Assembly (NCBI GenBank): GCA_964581385.1
Contig: CAZOOK010000002.1
Location: forward strand, 1-64,000
DNA length: 64,000 bases
Direction: 5' to 3'
From: an uncultured Salinisphaerales bacterium
GTDB lineage: Bacteria; Pseudomonadota; Gammaproteobacteria; Nevskiales; Nevskiaceae
Positions 30,372 to 40,692 of this stretch are shown here, one piece after another. How positions within the stretch are numbered: position 1 is the stretch's first letter; every line of letters begins with the position of its first letter. Made by a program: the position numbers and the translations under genes. Below the pieces are notes generated by a model, which was not told the DNA's origin, made no database searches, and saw nothing but the letters and a program-made list of their open reading frames with translations.

Positions 30372-32294
30372 TTAAATTTTGATCGCCGAGCGAATCTGCG
30401 GCATGCCGGACACTGCATTCTTCACTTCCGGCGTGGAGGCGATAACCTCCGCCAGCTTGCGCGTGACTTGCTCATCGATCTCCGACGCGCGAAGCATCTC
30501 CACCGGATAGCGCACCGCGAATTCGAGCCCGCTGCTCGTCAACTGTAAGTGAGCTCGGGGCGCCGGCGTTGAGATTTCAAAATCGAAAAGTTGTTCGATC
30601 GAGCTGTGCTGATGTTCGAGGTTGCTGCGATACCCGCCGTAAATCGCATTGACCACTTCCAGAATCTGACGCTCTGCTGCCGAGAAATCGCTATCGGGTA
30701 GGAATGTCACCACCACTTCGCGCCAAGTGTACGACGTGCCTGGGATCTGCTTGAAAAACGGCGTGCTTTGAAACAGCACGGAATTGGAAAAGGCGACGAC
30801 GCGTCCCGTTGGATACAGCTCGATTCCGCTGGTCGCAAGTTCCAACAGGTAAATCCGCACCAGGCCGATTTCGACAACATCTCCAGTAATGCCTGACACT
30901 GTGATCCGATCGCCGATCCGTACACCGTAACGGCCGATAAGAAAGAAGTACGCCGCCACCGACAATAGAACCGTTTGCAGCGCCACAGCGACGCCGGCGG
31001 TGAGAAATCCGGCAAACGTTGCCAGCGAACCAATTTCGCGCACGAAGCCGCCGATGATCACCATTCCCATCAGAACGCCACAGACGCTTCGCCGCAGTAT
31101 TGTGAACTGACGCCGGCGCCGTAAATCCCGCACGTAGCGGAAAGTGGCACGTCGCCACAGCTCCGACAGCAACAGGACAACTCCGAGCGCGGCAAGAATC
31201 ACCGCGAGTTGCGTCAATACATTCCTCAGAGCGTGACCGTATTCTTTGTGAACCGAGCTGCGCCATTGGTCGAGTGCGGCCTGGCTTTGGTCCAGCAGCA
31301 TCGCTTCCTGATGCAGCGGCAAGGCGGCGGCGGACAGTTGTTTGAACTGCGTCGTGAGCTGGTTCAGCTGCCGCCGGATCGTATCCACCTGTGCTGGTGT
31401 CAGTGCCGCAGACTGCTGTGTCGCATCGTTGCCCCTTTTGATGATGTCCTTGATCGAAGCGCGCAATGGCGCTAGCAGTTGCTGCACACCGTCCCGCAAC
31501 TTGGCGGCTGCCTTAGACATTTGTTCCGCATCGTGCAGTTGGTGCACACGCGTCATCAACAGCGAGGCATCTGCGACAAGGCCGCCCGATTCCGGAGCAG
31601 TGCGCGTTGGCGCTGCCTTGTCGGCCGTCACATCCGACGTCGCAGAAGCTGACGATGCCTCGGGCAAGGAACGCTTGATTTCGCCGATCTTGCCAAGCAG
31701 GCCGGGAGGTCCGCTGTCGTTGGCATCGGCGAGCATGGCGATGTTGTGAAGTGCCTCCCGCAATGCATTCGCCAGTTGCAGATCTGCCTGGAGTTTCTCC
31801 TTCTGGGCAACCACATCGCCGCGCTTTCGTGATGGCGTATTCGGAATCTTCTTGTTGAGCGCATCAATTTGCACCTGTAATTGATGGGCGTGATCGTCTG
31901 CCGCGGCTACGGCTTTGGCGAGCCGCGCCTCCTGGGAGGAGGCGTCCGACTCGCTGGCGCTTGGTTGCTGCGCCGTTTGCTCAAGAGCATCGACAATCGG
32001 CGCCTGTGCCTCCGCAGCCTGGAAAGCGATCTGTAGACTCCTGCGGGCAAGGGTGCGCGCATTGTCGAGGTAGACCACATCGCCGGGCTGCCCCGCCGCG
32101 GAATCCGCCGTCTTCACTTGGCGATACCAAGTGATGACGGCGTTCAGATGGTCGAGCACCGCATCCGCAGAAGGCTTCGGAACATCGGCCGCGGACACGG
32201 CCGCGACTGCCAGCGTCAGTACCAATCCCAATAACTTGCGTCTGTGCGCGACAAAAGTGCACCACATCGATCGCCCGATCGTCGAAAGCCCCAT
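30372..32294 (-). CDS. Mechanosensitive ion channel (MscS-family) protein with a long periplasmic coiled-coil N-domain
   Basis: About 641 aa from the ATG at 32294. Signal/TM region, Ala/Gln-rich coiled coil, multiple TMs. MscS beta-domain signature ITVSGITGDVVEIGLVRIYL. Confidence 0.7.
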   Translation of the reverse strand: MGLSTIGRSMWCTFVAHRRKLLGLVLTLAVAAVSAADVPKPSADAVLDHLNAVITWYRQVKTADSAAGQPGDVVYLDNARTLARRSLQIAFQAAEAQAPIVDALEQTAQQPSASESDASSQEARLAKAVAAADDHAHQLQVQIDALNKKIPNTPSRKRGDVVAQKEKLQADLQLANALREALHNIAMLADANDSGPPGLLGKIGEIKRSLPEASSASATSDVTADKAAPTRTAPESGGLVADASLLMTRVHQLHDAEQMSKAAAKLRDGVQQLLAPLRASIKDIIKRGNDATQQSAALTPAQVDTIRRQLNQLTTQFKQLSAAALPLHQEAMLLDQSQAALDQWRSSVHKEYGHALRNVLTQLAVILAALGVVLLLSELWRRATFRYVRDLRRRRQFTILRRSVCGVLMGMVIIGGFVREIGSLATFAGFLTAGVAVALQTVLLSVAAYFFLIGRYGVRIGDRITVSGITGDVVEIGLVRIYLLELATSGIELYPTGRVVAFSNSVLFQSTPFFKQIPGTSYTWREVVVTFLPDSDFSAAERQILEVVNAIYGGYRSNLEHQHSSIEQLFDFEISTPAPRAHLQLTSSGLEFAVRYPVEMLRASEIDEQVTRKLAEVIASTPEVKNAVSGMPQIRSAIKI

Positions 32295-32390
32295 AGTCGC
32301 CCTTGTTCTCCGAATCAACCCGCCAGGAAGCCGGGATCATATGCGCATCCGGCAAGAAAATACTGACTCCGCGACGGAATACAAAAAACA

Positions 32391-32927
32391 TCAAACGAAA
32401 CTTGAGATCCGTGCACTGCCGATGGTCTTGCCCGATGACGTTGTTTCCGTTTCCGGAGATGACGACGGTGACCGCGCCGCCGGCTTGTAACGCCCTGGCA
32501 CGCTGCGCATTGCAATCGACAGGCGATTCCAGGCATTGATGGTCATCGCCAGATAAGTGAGATCGACCAGTTGCCGGTCATCGAAATGACAGCGCGCTTC
32601 TTCGTAAACAGCGTCTGGCACGTGATCCTCGGCTACCAGAGTCAGCGCTTCGATCCAGGCCAGAGCTGCGCGTTCGCGTTCATCGAAAAATGGCGTCTCG
32701 CGCCAGGCATTGAGCGCATATAGACGCTGCTCGGTCTCGCCCTGCGCGCGGGCGTCGATTGAATGCATATCGATGCAATACGCACAACCGTTGATCTGCG
32801 ATGCACGCAGCTTGAGCAGGTGCAGGAGCTTGGGTTCCAGCCCGCAACCATGCAAATACTCTTCGAGCGCAAGCATTGCCTTGAGCGCGGCTGGTGCATA
32901 TCTTTGAACATCAATTCGAGCTTCCAT
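32391..32927 (-). CDS. Carboxymuconolactone decarboxylase (AhpD-like) family protein
   Basis: 178 aa. CMD-family motif region ...ASQINGCAYCIDMH... with the Cys-x-x-Cys/His arrangement. Confidence 0.65.
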   Translation of the reverse strand: MEARIDVQRYAPAALKAMLALEEYLHGCGLEPKLLHLLKLRASQINGCAYCIDMHSIDARAQGETEQRLYALNAWRETPFFDERERAALAWIEALTLVAEDHVPDAVYEEARCHFDDRQLVDLTYLAMTINAWNRLSIAMRSVPGRYKPAARSPSSSPETETTSSGKTIGSARISSFV

Positions 32928-33032
32928 ATCAGTCCTCCGTGATGACTGTTAACGTTTGATACCCGACGACGCGTGTAGTTCAATGCGCCGGGCCGCCCGC
33001 GTAGCTGACGTATAACAATTGGTACGATGAAT

Positions 33033-33911
33033 TCAATCGGCTGCGGCATGCGCGAATTGCGATGACGCCTCGGCGGCGAGCATCTCGAATTCCTCTGCGT
33101 AGCCGAGTAGGCGTTCGCGCAGATGTTTGCGCTGCGCTGGCTCCAGCGTGGCCGAGATGTCAGCCATTAGCTGTATCCAGCGCTTCTTCTCCACCGCATC
33201 CACCGATTGGCTCTTATCACTATTGTCTTGCGTCAGAAGAAAGTTGCGCATTCGATCCTCGAAGCCGATTTGACTGCTGCTTGCCAGCAAAACGGCATAG
33301 CGGTCGAGGACGGCATGCTGTTCGGTTGCCCATGCCGATGTCTCCGGTAGAGCCTCCGCTCCCCACTGCGCCACCAATTGACGCTGCCGAGTGTTCAGCC
33401 TGCCGATCCAATCGCTCAGCTGCTGATTCATATCGTTGACCAGATGCTTCTGCCGATCCTGCAAACTCCGCTTTTCGCGGCGACGCTCGGCCTCGTCGAT
33501 GTCTTTGCTCATCTTCTGGATCACACCTTCGATCTGCGCATCGTTAAGTCCCGCATTCAATCTGATATAGCCGGGCAACGTCTCCATGACCAGATCCTGC
33601 CAGTGCTGAGCGACATGTGCGCTGAAAATTTCAATCTGCTCCACGCTGAGCGGTCCCGACTGCACCGCATCGGCCAGCTGCCTCAAGTCCGCTGCGTACA
33701 GCGGCAGTTGCGTGCGACGGTGCCAACTCCACAGCGGGTATAGATCGGCATCGAGGGATTTTCGCTGCTGCGCAGTCAGATCGACATAATCTGAAATCTC
33801 CCAGCGCAGCAGGATATCGAGATGGTCGTATGCCAGCCGCGTAGTGCTGCAAGCGGTCAGCAGCAGTACGCAACAACCACAGGCCAGTCTGATCAGCACA
33901 CGCATCGTCAC
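33033..33911 (-). CDS. Lipoprotein, hypothetical
   Basis: 292 aa. Lipobox LLTAC. Helical, Gln/Arg-rich. No enzymatic motif recognised. Confidence 0.5.
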   Translation of the reverse strand: MTMRVLIRLACGCCVLLLTACSTTRLAYDHLDILLRWEISDYVDLTAQQRKSLDADLYPLWSWHRRTQLPLYAADLRQLADAVQSGPLSVEQIEIFSAHVAQHWQDLVMETLPGYIRLNAGLNDAQIEGVIQKMSKDIDEAERRREKRSLQDRQKHLVNDMNQQLSDWIGRLNTRQRQLVAQWGAEALPETSAWATEQHAVLDRYAVLLASSSQIGFEDRMRNFLLTQDNSDKSQSVDAVEKKRWIQLMADISATLEPAQRKHLRERLLGYAEEFEMLAAEASSQFAHAAAD

Positions 33912-34315
33912 GTCCGTTCAGCCGATTGAGCTTCCAGTGAAAACGTCGCAAATGGCGACACGCGATAGCCATAAGATCTTGGACCTTGAGGCAAGAGATC
34001 TCGTCGCGCCACGGAACTCGATCACGCTTAAGATACTGGAGCCGTCTTTTCCCGTGGTCAAATTGTCCGAGGAATTCGCTACACGTCACTCCACCGCACG
34101 TTGTTTGGCTCGATTTGATGTGCGCATATATCCGACGCTCCTCGCGTCCAGACACTTTCTTTGTTCAGTGAAATCTTAGCGATCCCAGATTGGCGCTTTC
34201 GTCGCTGTCTTCATAAGAGGGGGAAGTCCACACCTATCGACCTACATGAGTTTGACCCGTGGACTTGGCGGCAGAGGATGTTTATTCTTGCTAGATTCCT
34301 CACTTCCATATCCCT

Positions 34316-34903
34316 ATGACCCACATCGATCGTGGCTGGATTGCTATAACGGTGCCGCTTTTGATGTGCAGTTTCTCGTCGGCAGTCGCTGGCAACGACC
34401 AGACAGACTGGTCCGTCACCGCATTCGGCGGCCCATGGACGCAGAGGATTGTTTCGGAGATTGTGATTGATGGAAATTACGACGTAAGTGGTGGACTGAT
34501 CGGCGTCGCCGTAGACCGCCACCTCGCGCGCTTGGGCTGGGGGTTCTCGCTAGCCGGGGAAGGGGTGCTCACGCAGAACTTCGACGGGCCGGTATTTACG
34601 ACCGTCGGCGCCGGGCTCGGATTACGATTCGATTCCATTGCAGGACATATACCAATCAGCGTTGCCGCATACACCGGCCCGTCTTACGCGTTTCACCCGC
34701 CGGTCGAGCAATATAATACCGATCGACGCCAGCACCCGTTCTTAAACTACGTCGCTGTCGAACTCGCGATTGGAATTCCTCGTCACGAGAACCATTGGGA
34801 CGCGGTTTTACGAATATTCCATCGATCGGGCGCTTGGGGCTTGTACTCGCCCAACGCTGACGAGGGTAGTACGGTCGGCGTCGGGCTCCGTGCAAAATTC
34901 TGA
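34316..34903 (+). CDS. Small outer-membrane beta-barrel protein, possibly a PagL-like lipid A deacylase / acyloxyacyl hydrolase family member
   Basis: 195 aa. Signal peptide. Alternating amphipathic beta-strand pattern. C-terminal ...HRSGAWG...GVGLRAKF with a terminal aromatic residue, like OM barrels. The conserved His/Ser placement resembles PagL. The family call is tentative. Confidence 0.4.
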   Translation: MTHIDRGWIAITVPLLMCSFSSAVAGNDQTDWSVTAFGGPWTQRIVSEIVIDGNYDVSGGLIGVAVDRHLARLGWGFSLAGEGVLTQNFDGPVFTTVGAGLGLRFDSIAGHIPISVAAYTGPSYAFHPPVEQYNTDRRQHPFLNYVAVELAIGIPRHENHWDAVLRIFHRSGAWGLYSPNADEGSTVGVGLRAKF

Positions 34904-35126
34904 GACTTGGTCTGTCGGTCCCGCCAGAAAAAGCGCGCTGCGCAAGTCGTTTCGATCCGGTATTGGATCGACCGCTCCAGGCGTCGGCTGAAGCCGTGCA
35001 GAAGTGGCCTCTTGGGCGTATGTTGTCGCATCGACAGGCGAACGCCGACTAGATTGCCGATTTGATGGTATTTCGCCTTCTACAATACCACCGCCCTCGC
35101 CGCTTGACGGGCAGACCCCGGATGCC

Positions 35127-36572
35127 ATGTCCTTCAATCTATTGCAACAACAAGCCGCAGCCTGCCCGCAGAGATTCCACTTATTTTCCACAATATCTGT
35201 CCAAATTTCGGGAGCCAGCGCTGCACTGCTCTCTGCCCTCGTACTATCAGCCTGCAGTGTTTTTCCCTGGGAATCCGACACGCCTGAGCTTGCAGCAGAA
35301 GCAGAGCCCACAACCGAACACCTGAAGCTTCTCGACTCTAGTCGCATCGACGCTAGACTGGTCGCACTGACACTACAGACGCCCGCCCTGTCCGAACCGA
35401 CGCGGGTGCAAATCCTGTTGCCGGAGCGCTACGACTCCACACCGGCAACACGCTATCCGGTCGTATACCTGCTGCAAGGCGCGGTCGACGACTACACCGC
35501 CTGGATCCGTGAAGGCAATGCCGAAGCGCTGACTGCCGGCTATCCCATGATCATTGTCATGCCGGATGCCGGAAAAGACGGCTTCTATAGCGACTGGTAC
35601 AACGGCGGCGCCTTCGGACCACCGGAGTGGGAGACCTACCACATTCACCTGCTGATTCCATGGATCGACGCGCACTACCGGACAATCGCGGCGCGGCGCG
35701 GGCGCGCGGTGGGCGGCGTCTCCATGGGCGGCTTCGGCGCGCTCAGCTATGCCGCCCGCCACCCCGACCTGTTCGCCGCGGTGCTGAGCTTTTCCGGCCT
35801 GGTCAATAGCAATTCCCTGGCCGGCCAAAGCATCATCCCGGACCAGGTGTTTGGCCCACGTGCCACCCAGGAGGTGCGCTGGCGCGGCCACAATCCCTGG
35901 GATCTCGCCGGCAATCTGCGCGGCATGGATGTGAGCCTGTATACGCGTGATGGTCTGCCGGGCAAGGATTGGGTGGGCATCGATCCGACCGAGATCATCG
36001 TCCACCGGCAGAGCGTCGAGCTGCACGAGCAACTGCTGGCTGAGAACGTACCGCACCATTGGGAATACCAGGGTGCCGGTGCACACAAGTGGCCGACTTG
36101 GCAGGACGATCTAAGCCGGGCCCTGCTCAGCCTGGCGACGGTTTTCTCCGATCCACCGGCCGAGCCTTCGCCGGTTTCGTTCAAGACGATCGAGACCGAC
36201 TATCGAATTTACGGTTGGCACGTAGTGCTCGAGCGGCCAGCCCTCGAATTCAGCGAACTGACGAATGCGGACGCACACGGCTTCAGCTTGAGCGGCAGCG
36301 GCATCGGGGTCGTCACTACCCCGCCGATCTATACGCCGCACGCCAAATTCGTGTTAACGCTGAATGCTGGCGATGGCCCGCGAGCAAGCACGTTGCACAG
36401 CACTGCCAACGGACGGCTGAATATCCGAGTACCGCTGGGTCCGGCCAACCCCGACCAGCAGTACACCAGGGTCGCTAAGGATTCCGAGGCCACCAAGACC
36501 AATGTCGTCACCGTAACCATCGAGCCCGCCACAGCTCGTGCTGAAACAGAACATCCGACCGCCAATCCCTGA
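35127..36572 (+). CDS. Esterase-family (PF00756-like, alpha/beta hydrolase) lipoprotein
   Basis: Signal/lipobox LVLSACS. YPVVYLLQGAVDDYTAWI and GGVSMGGFGAL (GxSxG) are typical of the putative esterase / esterase D / Ag85 family. The start (35127 versus alternatives) is uncertain. Confidence 0.6.
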   Translation: MSFNLLQQQAAACPQRFHLFSTISVQISGASAALLSALVLSACSVFPWESDTPELAAEAEPTTEHLKLLDSSRIDARLVALTLQTPALSEPTRVQILLPERYDSTPATRYPVVYLLQGAVDDYTAWIREGNAEALTAGYPMIIVMPDAGKDGFYSDWYNGGAFGPPEWETYHIHLLIPWIDAHYRTIAARRGRAVGGVSMGGFGALSYAARHPDLFAAVLSFSGLVNSNSLAGQSIIPDQVFGPRATQEVRWRGHNPWDLAGNLRGMDVSLYTRDGLPGKDWVGIDPTEIIVHRQSVELHEQLLAENVPHHWEYQGAGAHKWPTWQDDLSRALLSLATVFSDPPAEPSPVSFKTIETDYRIYGWHVVLERPALEFSELTNADAHGFSLSGSGIGVVTTPPIYTPHAKFVLTLNAGDGPRASTLHSTANGRLNIRVPLGPANPDQQYTRVAKDSEATKTNVVTVTIEPATARAETEHPTANP

Positions 36573-36796
36573 GCGGTTTCCCGACAGCGTCAGTCAGCAC
36601 ATTCCGGTCCTGCTAAGTGCAGCCCAAAACACTCCTTGACCGGTGCCGCTTTCGGAAAGCTCAGTGGCGAAGTAGCCATGGTAACTAAACGGATCCGAGG
36701 CAGATGCGACGGCGGCGAGTACCAGCAAATATAGGCCGCCTTTCTAGTGATTCCAGCATCGCGTAGCGCTCCATGCGGACCACACGCGAAGAGGTC

Positions 36797-38167
36797 TTAC
36801 TGCAGCATGAACGTATGATATTCGAGCGATTCGAATTTCCGGCTTAACAAATAAAAGCTGATCATCACGGTCAACAGTAACGCGGATGCAAATCCGTATC
36901 CGTAATAGAGCGGACCGACAATGAGCGTAGCCAGCGTAAATAACCCATTGCTTAAAACGAATAAAGCAGTAAGTGCAAGAACGACGATCCGCTGATCGAG
37001 ATAGAAAAAGACGTTAATGGTCGCAAGGAACACGACCTGCAGCCCCGCGGAAACGAGATTCACGAACAGCAGGGGCAGATAAAGACGCGAGATGCCCAGG
37101 CTGTCGACAATCGCTGGAGCCATCGCAAACACCAGCAGCGCGGTGATCGACTGGATCTTTATGATCTGCAGTATGCTGCTTCGAGCGGAGGCGATCATCT
37201 TCATGCGCGACGTTTCGATCTGCCGTAACGATCCGCCGAGCCTTACCGCATTGTAGAAGCCTTCGTGGCACTGAACAAAATCAGTTTCCACTTTAATCAG
37301 ATATACCGCCATCCCTGGAATGATCGACAGATACCCCATGAACACGGGAATATCGTAGATCATCGAGGCCCGCAGAGGGCCAATGATCGCCTGGCTCGTG
37401 GGGCCGTAAAACCAGAACATCAATTTATCGATCCAGAGGCTCAGGTTGTACAGCAAGCCGACACCGATCAAGCTTGGATAGAATCGCCCCTTCCGCATGA
37501 AATCGAAGTCGACCAATCGGTTCGATGGGTATTGATGGAATACCACGAGAATGAGTCCGAAAAGGATCACTGCCTGTCCTGCGATGAAGCCTCCGAGCAA
37601 CCCCGCCAGACCCAGATGTTCGAGTGCGAGTGCGCAGAAAACCGTGATGCCGTAGCCGAGCGCAAAAAGTGCAACGATCGCCTTATACCGCTTTGCTCCT
37701 GCAAGAAAGATCGTTCCGATCCAAATGTCGCTGACGATAACGAAGCTGGACACAACCAGCATCCGGTAAAGAGGATCCGTGCCCGCGAAAGCGAGAGCAA
37801 CCACACCAATCGATATTGCACCGCTGACTCCGGTGGTCAGCAGCAATGCGCCATTGAAATTCGGCAGAACAACACTGTCCTGCTTTTCAAATAATCGATC
37901 GGCGGTATAGCGGGTGAATACCAGCTGCAAAGCGCCGGTCAGCATCAAACTGAATGCGATGATATAAGTAATCGTGACTTGAAACTGAGTGACGATAAAT
38001 TTGCTGTGAGCTCCGGCAAGACTCAGAAGTCCAATCAGCAGCACGGCGACGATCGAGAGCACCCAAGGTCCCGAAGCGATGATTCCGGCGTAGGTATATG
38101 CCTGCAACGTGCCGAGGAGGCTGTCGCGGCGTAACAGCCGGCGTAATTCGAATCCGATGCCCGCCAT
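36797..38167 (-). CDS. pelG: Pel exopolysaccharide export inner-membrane protein PelG
   Basis: 456 aa, N-terminus MAGIGFELRRLLRRDSLLGTLQAYTYAGIIA. Matches the P. aeruginosa PelG N-terminus and length. Twelve TM MATE-like. ATG and TGA share 1 nt with pelF. Confidence 0.85.
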   Translation of the reverse strand: MAGIGFELRRLLRRDSLLGTLQAYTYAGIIASGPWVLSIVAVLLIGLLSLAGAHSKFIVTQFQVTITYIIAFSLMLTGALQLVFTRYTADRLFEKQDSVVLPNFNGALLLTTGVSGAISIGVVALAFAGTDPLYRMLVVSSFVIVSDIWIGTIFLAGAKRYKAIVALFALGYGITVFCALALEHLGLAGLLGGFIAGQAVILFGLILVVFHQYPSNRLVDFDFMRKGRFYPSLIGVGLLYNLSLWIDKLMFWFYGPTSQAIIGPLRASMIYDIPVFMGYLSIIPGMAVYLIKVETDFVQCHEGFYNAVRLGGSLRQIETSRMKMIASARSSILQIIKIQSITALLVFAMAPAIVDSLGISRLYLPLLFVNLVSAGLQVVFLATINVFFYLDQRIVVLALTALFVLSNGLFTLATLIVGPLYYGYGFASALLLTVMISFYLLSRKFESLEYHTFMLQ

Positions 38168-39699
38168 CAGCGCGAACTTCCGGATGCACTTGCAGACAAA
38201 GCGGTCTTGTACAGTAAGGCATAGCTGGCGAACATCTGTTCCTGCGTGTAGTAACGCTCCACGCGGGTGATCGCCGCGTCGCGCGCCTGCCGCCAGCGGG
38301 CCGGATCCAGCAAGATCGCCATTATGGCCTCCGCCAGAGCCTCCGGATCCGCAATCCTCACCACTGCTCCGGCGGAACCAAGGGCAGAATCTTCCGGGGT
38401 GAATCCCTCGATCAATTGACGACAGCCTCCGACGTCGGTGGTGACGCAGGGTACGCCGGCAGCGAAGCTTTCCAGGACTACTAGAGGCTGCGCCTCCGAA
38501 ATCGAACTCAAAACCAGGAGCCCGACGCGCGGCAATAGCGCTTCCATTTTTTGAAAGCCAAGGAATTCGACATTGCCTTCCAGTCCGAGACTGGCAACCA
38601 GGCTGCGGCATTCGCTGCTGTAACTGGGATCTTCGTCTTCCGGACCCGCGATCCAGATCCGCACCGCAGGATACTTCGAAACCACCGTCCGCATCGCTCG
38701 GATGAAGGTGCCGACATCTTTGATGGGAACGATGCGTCCAACCAGACCGACATACAGGGGGATTTCGAGCTCGCGGGATTCGCGCAGCGGCTTGAAACGC
38801 GATAAATCGATGCCGTTGGGAATAACGAGAGTCCGATCCGCGGGCGCCCCGTCCTGGATCTGCCGCTGGCGATTAGCCTCGAAGAGCGCGACGATCCGGT
38901 CGGCACTGTAATAGCACTCGCGCCCCAACGCCCCGAAGAAGCGCACCCAAAGATCGCGAAAATAGGGAACGTCAGCGTTGCTGCGTTCCAAGAAACTTCG
39001 ATTGTCGCGGATCCACAGCGTTTGCAAGAGATCGATTTTTCGCTCCTTTGTGTAGATACCGTGTTCAGACAACAACAGAGGCCGGTTGTGAAGACGCTTC
39101 AGAACCGCCCCCAGAAAGCCGGCATAGCCGGTGGAGATTGTGTGATAGGCGCGAACGGGAATGAACTCCCGGGCGATGTCGAACAGAAACCATAGCGGCG
39201 CATGCATGTTGCGCACCGTCCAGAAATAGTCGAGGAAGGATGGATCGGTGCAATGCTGTTCGTATTGGGAGCGGATGAATCCCCACGAATCGCTGCCGTA
39301 GAGAAAGTCCTCATATCCATACCGTCCATCGCGCACCTGCGCTAAAACTTCGGTGAATGCAGTATGTGCCTCGATATCCCGGCGCGTCCGAAAATTCTTA
39401 TGCAGAGCTGAAATCGACGCCAGCATTCCAGGATCGCTGCGTTTGGCATGGACAGGCGGATGAGGCTTGTCGTCGTGAATGTAGTGCGTCTCCAGATGAA
39501 CAACATTGTCGGGAAGGGCATAGCGGAGATCGCCATAGTCCTGCCGCTGGCTGCCGATAAAACACACCGCGAAAGTTAACTGTGGAAAACCGCGGATGAT
39601 CTGATTCACCCAAGATGACACGCCACCGCTGACGTAGGGGAATGTCCCCTCCAGCAGGAGGCCGATATCCGCCGAATCGCCTTGCCGAATGACCGTCAT
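38167..39699 (-). CDS. pelF: GT4-family glycosyltransferase PelF
   Basis: 510 aa. N-terminal ADIGLLLEGTFPYVSGGVSSWV matches the PelF signature. GT4 EX7E region. Position within the pel operon. Confidence 0.9.
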   Translation of the reverse strand: MTVIRQGDSADIGLLLEGTFPYVSGGVSSWVNQIIRGFPQLTFAVCFIGSQRQDYGDLRYALPDNVVHLETHYIHDDKPHPPVHAKRSDPGMLASISALHKNFRTRRDIEAHTAFTEVLAQVRDGRYGYEDFLYGSDSWGFIRSQYEQHCTDPSFLDYFWTVRNMHAPLWFLFDIAREFIPVRAYHTISTGYAGFLGAVLKRLHNRPLLLSEHGIYTKERKIDLLQTLWIRDNRSFLERSNADVPYFRDLWVRFFGALGRECYYSADRIVALFEANRQRQIQDGAPADRTLVIPNGIDLSRFKPLRESRELEIPLYVGLVGRIVPIKDVGTFIRAMRTVVSKYPAVRIWIAGPEDEDPSYSSECRSLVASLGLEGNVEFLGFQKMEALLPRVGLLVLSSISEAQPLVVLESFAAGVPCVTTDVGGCRQLIEGFTPEDSALGSAGAVVRIADPEALAEAIMAILLDPARWRQARDAAITRVERYYTQEQMFASYALLYKTALSASASGSSR

Positions 39700-39702
39700 C
39701 GT

Positions 39703-40692
39703 TCACCAATAGTCGATGGCTGACTGCCACGAACCCAAAGTCCCTTGTTGCCGCAGGTCGGCAGCGATGCGCCGGACGGCACCGAATTCCTGCCGCTGAA
39801 AAGCCAACTCGGCGAGATAAATCCTCACTTTCTGATCGGGAATGCCATTCTCAATAGCGCGCGAAAATGCGTGTTCAGCCGCTTGATAATCATTCGCCAG
39901 CATGCAGGCCCGACCTCGAATCACCCACAAACCCGCATCGTTGGGTAGCGTGGCGGTCGCCTCCAACGAATAGTGCATCGCCTGCTCAAGCGCATAACGA
40001 CGCATTTGGCCCTCGACCAGATTCTGATAGATCAACTCAACATACAGTTCGGTTATCGATTTGGCGGCCACCGCCTTGGTTTGCGTGTCCGCGGAAGCTT
40101 CGTATTTTTCCGACATACGATGGATGCGTTCCATCAGACGCTTCTCATAGGATTCCCGGATTCTATAGGCCAGCAGTCTCAGCTCGTCCACGGGCTCCGC
40201 CATGGCTTCGCGCAAGTCTCTGGCCGCATAGCGGATGGGCATGTGCTGCATCGACAGCAGTGCCCGAATACGAGTATCGACCGGAGCGCCCGACGTAATG
40301 TGGGTTCGCAACCGCACCGACGACGGCGGAGCATCGCGTTCATTGAAGAGTTCGAAGGTCGGTAATGGCACCAGCGTGAATTGGCGCCCAAGGCGAGGGC
40401 CGTAATTCCGGCGCAGAAATACGGCGACGAGCGTGACTCCCACGCACCCCAGACCCGGAATAAAGAAGCTCAACATGCCGAACAACAGTGCGGTGTACTT
40501 TTTGGGCCGGCGCAGGACAGCAGGCAGCAATGCCCAAGTCCCCTGTGACAGCAGTCCACACGCCAACGTGTGAAGGGCCAGAAACACGGCAAGCATGCTC
40601 CATCCCTGATTGCCGGCAGCAAGAAAAAACAGGGAACCGGCTTCGAGCGCGAACGCGGGCACCAGCAACAGAGGCCCGACCACTAGCGACAC
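39703..40692 (-). CDS. pelE: PelE, TPR-containing inner-membrane protein
   Basis: 329 aa (same as P. aeruginosa PelE). N-terminal TMs followed by TPR-like helices. Operon context. Confidence 0.7.
   Translation of the reverse strand: MSLVVGPLLLVPAFALEAGSLFFLAAGNQGWSMLAVFLALHTLACGLLSQGTWALLPAVLRRPKKYTALLFGMLSFFIPGLGCVGVTLVAVFLRRNYGPRLGRQFTLVPLPTFELFNERDAPPSSVRLRTHITSGAPVDTRIRALLSMQHMPIRYAARDLREAMAEPVDELRLLAYRIRESYEKRLMERIHRMSEKYEASADTQTKAVAAKSITELYVELIYQNLVEGQMRRYALEQAMHYSLEATATLPNDAGLWVIRGRACMLANDYQAAEHAFSRAIENGIPDQKVRIYLAELAFQRQEFGAVRRIAADLRQQGTLGSWQSAIDYW

Noticed and set aside
36797-38611. 604-aa ORF fusing pelG with the 3' end of pelF
   Set aside because: The PelG N-terminus MAGIGFELRR at 38167 matches the known PelG start and shares 1 nt with the pelF stop. 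The 148-aa N-terminal extension is an out-of-frame read-through of pelF.
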